A stretch of 64,000 nucleotides of DNA, from positions 12,365 through 76,364 of the forward strand of contig CAVVTZ010000006.1 of the NCBI GenBank assembly GCA_963751275.1, in the 5' to 3' direction. Positions within the stretch are counted from its first letter, which is position 1. Each line of letters begins with the position of its first letter. Positions 57,200 to 64,000 of this stretch are shown piece after piece. Position numbers and translations under genes: made by a program. The notes under the pieces are model-generated. The model was not told the origin of the DNA, searched no databases, and saw only the letters and a program-made list of their open reading frames with translations. The stretch is from an uncultured Gemmatimonadaceae bacterium. GTDB lineage: Bacteria > Gemmatimonadota > Gemmatimonadetes > Gemmatimonadales > Gemmatimonadaceae.

Positions 57200-58821
57200 T
57201 AGCGCACCGGGATGAAGGACGTGAAGCGCTCTTCCGCGGTCGATCCGCGCGTGGCGCCCCACTGGTGCATCTCCAGCACGAGCGAGCTGTCGCCCGGCAG
57301 ATAGGGGATGGGCGACGGATTCCCGCGGATCCAGGATCCGAGGATCCATTCCGTATAGTATCCCTGCGCGCCGAGCAGGAAGGTCCGCGGCATGCCGTTC
57401 CCGGCGCCTACATCGAAGTGCAGCGTGAATCGCTGACCGGGCGTCGTCATCACGTAGCTCGCATCGGCGTCGCTCAGATTGCGGAGCGCCGCGCTGTCGG
57501 GGTGATCGCGGGCATCCAGGACGACCGTCGGCTCGATGATGCGCGGGGTGGGATGCCGCACGCGGGACGCGATGGTGATGCTCCGGATGCGCCAGTGATC
57601 GGCGACGAACCAGAGGCGCGCGTGCAGCGTGTCGCCGCGCGGCGCCGGCACGACGGCCGCGACGCGGCGGAAGACGAGCGGCCCGCCGTCGGGGATGTAC
57701 GCGGCCTCCGTGTACCCCGTGTCGCCGGCGACCGCGACGTGCAATCCCATGCGCCGGCCGTACCAGCGGCCGAGCTCCACGGCGTAACCGATCGTGCTCA
57801 AGTCGCTCGCCTCCCAATCGACCCCCCGCGCGCCCTGCTGCGCGAGCATCCGGTCGCGCAGCAACATGGTGGTCAGCGGGCTGCTCTTCAGGTCGAAGAC
57901 GATCGCGACGCTGTCCGAGGGGAATCCGCCCGCGGGCGCCGGCACGGTGAGGTCGATGAAGTCGTTCAAGTCGGACGAACTCGCTCCGGTGAGCAGCCGC
58001 TCATCGGAACGGTAGACGACGCCGGCGGCGAGCATCGCCCGCACGTCGCGACCGGAGCGATCGCGCATCGCGCTCGCCGCGACCGGCGCGCGCACCGCGA
58101 TCGGCGCGTCCGCGCCATCGGGGACCACGGTCTCGTCGGCGTCGTGCCGCACTTCCAGCAGCGACAGTTGATTGATGTAGTGCGTCTCCAGCATCTCGTC
58201 GCGCACCTCGAGCGACACCGTGCCCGTGGCGTCGGGCTGCGCGCGGAGCACGTGCACGTCGCGGCGCTCGAAGAGCGGCGCAATGCTCAACGAGAAGAGC
58301 TCCGCTTCGAGAGTGAGGGATCCCGCGCTGTCGGAATACACGGTGGGGCAGGATGAACAATTGCTCGTGCACTGCGCGCGCTGCGACGTCCCGGCCCCCG
58401 CCGCCACGGCGATCCCGCCGAGCACCACCCCCGTCGCCAGGGTGGAGACGATGATCGTCGGCCCCCAATGCGTCTCGCCGTGGAAACTCTCCATCGCCGC
58501 GACGCTGTCGAGCGACACGGCATTCACGTATGCGGAATCCGCGAGCGACAGCCCGTAGCGCACGCCCACGCCGCTCACCGCGCCGCCATAGATCGTCAGG
58601 CCGCCGCGGAACATGACGGTCGAGCCGTTGGTGAGATGGACCTTCACCGGCGTCGTGACGTGCACCGGCGCGGGGGCCGGCGTCCTGGCGACCTCGGTGG
58701 TCTGCACGCCGCGGAAGATGAAGCACGCCGCGATGCCGGGCAGCGTGAGCATCATCGCCGCGGTCACGGCCCGCGTCCGGAGCGAGGAGTGGCGGGTCCA
58801 CCCGAAGCCTGCGTCTCTCAC
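57199..58821 (-). CDS. Hypothetical lipoprotein with SCP motif (start uncertain)
   Basis: 540-aa ORF; IAAC lipobox, internal hydrophobic helix, CTSNCSSCPTVY, ETHYIN, GYYTEW. Confidence 0.75.
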   Translation of the reverse strand: MRDAGFGWTRHSSLRTRAVTAAMMLTLPGIAACFIFRGVQTTEVARTPAPAPVHVTTPVKVHLTNGSTVMFRGGLTIYGGAVSGVGVRYGLSLADSAYVNAVSLDSVAAMESFHGETHWGPTIIVSTLATGVVLGGIAVAAGAGTSQRAQCTSNCSSCPTVYSDSAGSLTLEAELFSLSIAPLFERRDVHVLRAQPDATGTVSLEVRDEMLETHYINQLSLLEVRHDADETVVPDGADAPIAVRAPVAASAMRDRSGRDVRAMLAAGVVYRSDERLLTGASSSDLNDFIDLTVPAPAGGFPSDSVAIVFDLKSSPLTTMLLRDRMLAQQGARGVDWEASDLSTIGYAVELGRWYGRRMGLHVAVAGDTGYTEAAYIPDGGPLVFRRVAAVVPAPRGDTLHARLWFVADHWRIRSITIASRVRHPTPRIIEPTVVLDARDHPDSAALRNLSDADASYVMTTPGQRFTLHFDVGAGNGMPRTFLLGAQGYYTEWILGSWIRGNPSPIPYLPGDSSLVLEMHQWGATRGSTAEERFTSFIPVR

Positions 58822-59006
58822 AAGGCCCTCTCTGAGAACGGTGACGGCACGCGGCGCACCCGGTCTTGTGCAAGATCCGGGCGCCGGTAGGTTCGAGACG
58901 GGGCGTTGGCCCCCGGGCGTGCCGGCGCGACCGCCGCATTGCTCAGAGCTATCTCACACCCGGAGTGCCCGCCAGTGGCAGCGGGGCAGGATGAGGAGGG
59001 CGAGTC

Positions 59007-59396
59007 ATGCCGGAAGCGATGCCGTCCTCGCGGCGAGCGAAACTGGCCGCGACGATCGAGGCGATGGTCTCCCCACTGCGTCATCCGACGCCCGGACATT
59101 GGGTGCGTGACTCGATGGCGCGCTTCGCGGCGCTCATGGAGACCAATGTCTCGATCCTCGCATCCAACATCATCGATGACCGGGCAACCATCAGCAGCGA
59201 CGACCGGCTGGCGGAGGGGATGAGTTCCTGGAGCCTCTTCGAGCGCGGCCGGCTGCATTTCACGGAGACCGAGATGGAGGAGAATCTCACCGTGATCCGG
59301 CCGAACACGGTCACGAGCGTGTACACCTCGCTGATTGGCGGCGCGTACTCCCGCTCCGCGTTCTTCAAAGAGGTGCTGGAGCCGGCCGGGCGGTGA
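59007..59396 (+). CDS. Hypothetical protein
   Basis: GAGGAGG RBS upstream; GC-rich third positions; no recognisable motif. Confidence 0.45.
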   Translation: MPEAMPSSRRAKLAATIEAMVSPLRHPTPGHWVRDSMARFAALMETNVSILASNIIDDRATISSDDRLAEGMSSWSLFERGRLHFTETEMEENLTVIRPNTVTSVYTSLIGGAYSRSAFFKEVLEPAGR

Positions 59397-59550
59397 TCCG
59401 CACGGCTCTCCCGGCGCCGCGCGTGCGGTGTCCGGTGTCCGGCCCGGCACGACCGCCGCACGGGCGCTGTCTTGCGCTGGTAGCGCAGCCGCGGTGCAGA
59501 GCGCGATGAGAGCGGCGAGGAGGCGCATCAAGGATCGTCGGTGAGCAGTG

Positions 59551-59979
59551 CTATGGAATACTCGGGATCCGCGCGGCATCGATCGGTGCCTCGCAGGTGA
59601 CCGTGACATTCACAAATGCGTTGAAGTTCTTGTCCGCGGTGTACGCCACGGGGGCGGGCGGCGTGCATCCGGCGGGGACCGACGGAAACGTGACGGTCCC
59701 GGTGGCCACTAGCACCGTGAGAACGGCGTACGCGCCGTTCGCAGACGTGGTGTCCGCAAGCGTGGGGTACCCGGTCGGTGTGACGTTCACAGCGACGTTC
59801 GCGAGCGGCCCGCCCAAACTGCTGCTCACGACCCCCGACACGGTGGCGAGGAATGGACCGGTGAACCCACCAATGCTCCCGCCGCAATCGCCGAAGACGA
59901 CCGCGCTGGCGACGAGTGCCGTCGCGCGAATGACGCGTCGAACGAGGAGAGCGGCAACGGATCGAGACATCTCGGGCAT
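59551..59979 (-). CDS. Small secreted protein or lipoprotein, carboxypeptidase-regulatory-like fold
   Basis: VSGVV..SLGGPLANVAV...TSANGAY; RBS upstream of ATG 59979. Confidence 0.65.
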   Translation of the reverse strand: MPEMSRSVAALLVRRVIRATALVASAVVFGDCGGSIGGFTGPFLATVSGVVSSSLGGPLANVAVNVTPTGYPTLADTTSANGAYAVLTVLVATGTVTFPSVPAGCTPPAPVAYTADKNFNAFVNVTVTCEAPIDAARIPSIP

Positions 59980-60022
59980 CGTTCTTCCTCTCGGAGGGAG
60001 GGGCGAGCGTGCGGTGCGACGA

Positions 60023-60277
60023 TCAGAACTGCAGCCCGACGCTGAGACCGGGTCCCTTCGCGATCGCGTCCCAGCACGGCGCGAGCGTGAGCGAGATCCG
60101 CTTGTCGGACCGCGGCACCGTCCTCGGCAGCACGCTGATCGAAACGTGGCGCGGCTCGACCGCGGCTGCGGGGCGCGATGCCGCGAGGCTCGCACGCGCA
60201 GGTTGGCTCGCCTGCCCCGAGAGGCGCGAAGCGCACAGCGTGAGGAGAACCGGGATCATGATAGCGCGCATGGCCAT
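60023..60277 (-). CDS. Small secreted protein
   Basis: AGAGGA RBS; signal-like N-terminus; ends LSVGLQF. Confidence 0.5.
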   Translation of the reverse strand: MAMRAIMIPVLLTLCASRLSGQASQPARASLAASRPAAAVEPRHVSISVLPRTVPRSDKRISLTLAPCWDAIAKGPGLSVGLQF

Positions 60278-60627
60278 TTCCTCTGTTGGAAGGGCGGACG
60301 CAGCAGGTTCGCCGCGCGCATACGCTACCGGGTGGCACTCAACCGCACCTCAATTCGGCAAACCGACTGCCCGGCCGCTTGGGGCGAACGCCCCATCCCC
60401 GCCGACTTCGCGCGCAAGACCATTGGGAGACCCCAGCCGGCGCGCCGGGCATCGCCACTCCACGCGCCTTCATTAGACCTTCCTCACGATTGCCGGAGAC
60501 GCGCAATGATCCACTCCACGCGAGGTCTTCAATAGCCTTGCGTCTCACCCACGGCGGGCGTACGCTAGGGCGCGGCCGCGCTGGAACCGCGCCGCTGGAG
60601 TCGCGCCCCTCTCTCATTCCGGGCACC

Positions 60628-62799
60628 ATGCTGCGCCTGAAGACGTTCGGAGCGCTGGCCATCCTGCGGAATGGCGAACTGGCCGAGGATGTCCGCATCC
60701 AGCGCCGCCATCTCGCGCTGCTCGTCGTACTCGCCGCGGACGGCGGCGGCGTCACGCGCGACCGTCTGCTCGCACTGTTCTGGCCTGACCGCGAACCGGA
60801 GAAGGCGCGCCATTCACTCGACGAGGCGCTGAGCAGGCCGCGCCGGGCCATCGGGCGGGAAGTCATTCTCGAGGGCCAGGCGTCGCTCGTGCTCAACCGC
60901 GCGCTGCTCGGCAGCGACATCGCCGACTTCCGCGAGGCAATGGACCGCGGCGACTACGAAGCCGCGGTCGCGGCGTACACGGGCCCCTTCCTCGACGCCG
61001 TGTACGTGGACGGGGCGCCCGACTTCGAGCAGTGGACGCACGCGCGGCGAACCGCGTTCGCCAAGGAATATGAATCCGCGCTGTTCAAGCTCATGCAGGC
61101 CGCGATCGCCGCGGGCGACTATCCGCGCGCGGTGATGCTCGCGAAGCGCGCCGCGGACGGCAATCCCCTGTCCGGCCTGGTCACGGTCGCTCTCATGATG
61201 GCCCTTTGCTACGCCGGCGATCAGACGGCGGCACTCGACGCCTACCGCGTCCACGCCACGCTGGTGCGCGAGGAGCTCGACGCCGAGCCCAATCCTGACG
61301 TGATCGCGTACGCCGAAGAAGTACGTGCGGGGCGCGTGCGGCCTCCGGCGAACGCGGCCGCTGGCGCGCCCCCGCCGCCGGCTCCCCGCTCCGCTCCCGC
61401 GGCGGAACGGCCCACGGACCCCGGTCCGTCGGTGGCCGTGCTGCCCTTCGTGAGCATCAGCACCGAGGCGGGCGACGACTACTTCAGCGATGGGATGACC
61501 GAAGCGATCATCAATGCGCTTGCGCGCGTCCCCGGCCTGCGCGTGTGCGCCCGCACTACGACTTCGCAGTTCAAGAACAAGGCGGTGGATGTGGTCGAAG
61601 TCGGGCGCCGTCTCGGCGTGCGCGCCGTGGTCGAGGGCACCGTCATCCGCGACCACGACAAGGTGCGCGTCTCTGCGAAACTCATCGCCGTCGAGGATGG
61701 TTCGCAGACCTGGCTCGGCCAGTACGAACGCGCGCTCGACAACGTGTTCGCCATCCACGATGAGATCGCGCAGCGGATCGCCCAAACGCTGCGGGTGACG
61801 GTCATGGGCAAGGGCCCGGCGCCGCGCCCGTCCGTGGTGACCGCGGCGTATGAGCGCTTCCTGCACGGCCGCCACTTCCGCAGCAAGCGGAGCCCGGACG
61901 GCCTGCGGCGCGCGATCAAGTTCTACCGCGAGGCCGTCGCCATCGCGCCGGAATACGCCGAGGCGTATGCGGCGGAGGCGGACACGTACGCGGCGGCGCT
62001 CGCATATGGGGCGGTGCCGCCGCAGGAGGCGATGCAGCGTATCCGCGCCGTCGCGGCGCGCGCGATCGCGATCGATCCGAATCTCGCCGAGCCGTACGCG
62101 GCGCTCGGCGCCGTGGCCGCACTGTGCGACTGGGACTGGGAGGGAGCGGAGCGCCTCTTCGAGCGCTCGCTCGCGCTCGACCCGCAGTACCAGACCGCGC
62201 ACATGTGGCGCGCGAATTATTGCTACGTGCCGCTCGGCCGCTTGGACGAAGGGCTCGCCGCGCTCCAGCGCGCGCGACGACTCGACTTCGTCTCCCCGGT
62301 GCTCAACTGCTCGATCGGCATGACGCAATTCTTCGCGCGCCGGTTCGACGACGCAGCGGAGCAGTTCCGCAGCGCTCTGGAGCTGGACCCGGGATTCCTG
62401 TACGCGAACTATTTCCTGGGCCGCACCGAGATACAGCGGGAGCACTTCGCCGCGGCGATCGATGCGCTCGAACGGACGGTCGTGCTGAGCGATGGCGCCG
62501 GCGTCGCGCGCTCGGCGCTCGGCTACGCGCATGCGCGCGCGGGCGATGCGGAGGAAGCGCTCGCGATCGCCGCGCGTCTCGAGAGGCCGTCCGCCACGGA
62601 GTATGTGTCCGCCTTCGAGCCGGCGTTCGTGCACCTCGGGCTCGGCAACGATGACGCGGCGATCGCGGGCTTCGAGCGTGCATGCGAGGAGCGATCCCCC
62701 TTCGCGATCTGGCTGGGTGTGCAGCCAGAAGCGGCCCACCTGCGCGGGAACGCGCGCTTCGACGCGGTGCTCCGCCGGATGGGGCTGGAGCGCACGTGA
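60628..62799 (+). CDS. SARP/BTAD-type transcriptional regulator with TolB-like and TPR domains
   Basis: MLRLKTFGAL, TRDRLLALFWPD, YTGPFLD, SVAVLPF...YFSDGMTE, TPR-like repeats. Confidence 0.88.
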   Translation: MLRLKTFGALAILRNGELAEDVRIQRRHLALLVVLAADGGGVTRDRLLALFWPDREPEKARHSLDEALSRPRRAIGREVILEGQASLVLNRALLGSDIADFREAMDRGDYEAAVAAYTGPFLDAVYVDGAPDFEQWTHARRTAFAKEYESALFKLMQAAIAAGDYPRAVMLAKRAADGNPLSGLVTVALMMALCYAGDQTAALDAYRVHATLVREELDAEPNPDVIAYAEEVRAGRVRPPANAAAGAPPPPAPRSAPAAERPTDPGPSVAVLPFVSISTEAGDDYFSDGMTEAIINALARVPGLRVCARTTTSQFKNKAVDVVEVGRRLGVRAVVEGTVIRDHDKVRVSAKLIAVEDGSQTWLGQYERALDNVFAIHDEIAQRIAQTLRVTVMGKGPAPRPSVVTAAYERFLHGRHFRSKRSPDGLRRAIKFYREAVAIAPEYAEAYAAEADTYAAALAYGAVPPQEAMQRIRAVAARAIAIDPNLAEPYAALGAVAALCDWDWEGAERLFERSLALDPQYQTAHMWRANYCYVPLGRLDEGLAALQRARRLDFVSPVLNCSIGMTQFFARRFDDAAEQFRSALELDPGFLYANYFLGRTEIQREHFAAAIDALERTVVLSDGAGVARSALGYAHARAGDAEEALAIAARLERPSATEYVSAFEPAFVHLGLGNDDAAIAGFERACEERSPFAIWLGVQPEAAHLRGNARFDAVLRRMGLERT

Positions 62800-64000
62800 C
62801 CAAGAAGCCGGCGGGCGGCGACAGCGAGTTCGCCGAACGGTACGAGATCGGCCGCGAACTCGGCACCGGCGGCACGGCCGTCGTCTATCTCGCGAACGAC
62901 AAGAAGCTGGGGCGGCAGGTGGCCATCAAGCTGCTGCTGCGCGGCATCGCCTCGGCGGTGAGCGCTGATCGATTCCTGCGTGAGGTGCGCGTTGCGGCAC
63001 AACTCGTGCACCCGCACATCGTGCAACTGTTCGACGCGGGCTCCGAGGATGGACTCCCGTACTACAGCATGCCCTACATCGCCGGCGAGACGCTGCGCAC
63101 GCGGCTGGCGCGCGAGACGCAATTGTCGGTGAGCGACGCGTTGCACATCACGCGCGAGGTGGCGGACGCGCTGAACTATGCGCATGCCGCCGGGCTGGTG
63201 CATCGCGACATCAAGCCCGACAACATCCTGCTCGCCGATGGGCATGCGATGGTCGCCGACTTCGGGATCGCCAAGGCGATCCAGGCGGCCACGGGTGGCG
63301 ACACGGCGGAAGCGATCACCGCCACGAACGTCGCGATCGGCACGCCGCATTACATGAGCCCGGAGCAGCAGATGGGCGATGATCAGCTCGACGGCCGGAG
63401 CGATCTGTACAGTCTGGCGACCGTGCTCTATGAGAATGCTGGCCGGCACGCCGCCGTTCACGGGGAAGAACGCGCAGGAGATCTTCGCGAAGCGCTTCAT
63501 GGAGGATCCCGCACCGCTCTCGGCCGTGCGGGAGGATGTGCCCGACGCCGTCGAGCGCGCGGTCATGCGCGCGCTCCGGCGCGAACCGGCGGAACGCTTC
63601 GCGAGCGTGCGCGACTTCGCGGACGCGCTGGCCGGCGGCGCATCCGCCGGCCCCGTCTCCAACGGGAGCAAGGACGAGCTGCCATCGATCGCGGTGCTCC
63701 CGTTCGAGAACATCCCGCCGGATCCGGAGAACGAATATTTCTCGGAGGGCATGGCCGAGGGCGTGAGAGCCGCGCTCGGGCGCTTGCGGCGGCTCAACGT
63801 CGTGGCCCGGACGTCCGTGCTCGCGCTGAGGGATCAGCACGCCGACGTGCGCGAGATCGGCCGGCGACTCAAGGTGAAGTGGATCGTCGAGGGCACGGTC
63901 AGCCGGAGGAACGGACACCTGCGCATCGCCGTGAGCCTCGTGAAGACGAGCGATGGGTTCGCGGACTGGAGCGACGTGTTCGACCGGGCGACGGCGGATG
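62796..64000 (+). CDS. Ser/Thr protein kinase with TolB-like domain (partial; frameshift near 63435)
   Basis: GTGA overlap; manual translation gives LGTGGTAVVY, VAIK, HRDIKPDN, DFG, GTPHYMSPEQ, then SIAVLPF...YFSEG. Confidence 0.9.
   Translation, partial: MTKKPAGGDSEFAERYEIGRELGTGGTAVVYLANDKKLGRQVAIKLLLRGIASAVSADRFLREVRVAAQLVHPHIVQLFDAGSEDGLPYYSMPYIAGETLRTRLARETQLSVSDALHITREVADALNYAHAAGLVHRDIKPDNILLADGHAMVADFGIAKAIQAATGGDTAEAITATNVAIGTPHYMSPEQQMGDDQLDGRSDLYSLATVLYENAGRHAAVHGEERAGDLREALHGGSRTALGRAGGCARRRRARGHARAPARTGGTLRERARLRGRAGRRRIRRPRLQREQGRAAIDRGAPVREHPAGSGERIFLGGHGRGRESRARALAAAQRRGPDVRARAEGSARRRARDRPATQGEVDRRGHGQPEERTPAHRREPREDERWVRGLERRVRPGDGG

Overview
This is a very GC-rich bacterial chromosomal segment. 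Three PknB-type Ser/Thr kinases with TolB-like/TPR tails, a PadR plus duplicated orphan permease pair, a BTAD regulator and a VPS10-like hydrolase suggest a Gemmatimonadota- or Acidobacteriota-like organism (inference). Many conserved genes carry single-base frameshifts, which fits uncorrected long-read errors better than pseudogenes. The main result is a minus-strand operon at about 2.9-10.4 kb: Cyc2-like monohaem cytochrome-porin fusion (hidden by a frameshift) -> dihaem cytochrome c -> cupredoxin-motif protein -> coxB -> coxA -> two subunit III genes -> subunit IV -> small membrane ORF. This order mirrors the iron-oxidation rus operon of Acidithiobacillus ferrooxidans. The oxidase keeps the D-channel and GHPEVY but appears to lack the K-channel residues and the Mg-site carboxylates. 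Other content: methyltransferase, ABC-2 exporter, two paralogous NHL-type lipoproteins, fpg/nei, MetX-like hydrolase, CPA2 antiporter, M19-like amidohydrolase, cyclophilin, a cNMP-histidine kinase with a REC-Grx-TrxB fusion lacking CxxC, a DUF5916-like outer-membrane protein, and cyclic beta-1,2-glucan synthase coupled to pgm. Many intergenic gaps hold a long palindrome, including a three-copy MITE/REP-like element. No rRNA, tRNA, CRISPR array or transposase was seen. Family names come from motif recognition, not database searches.
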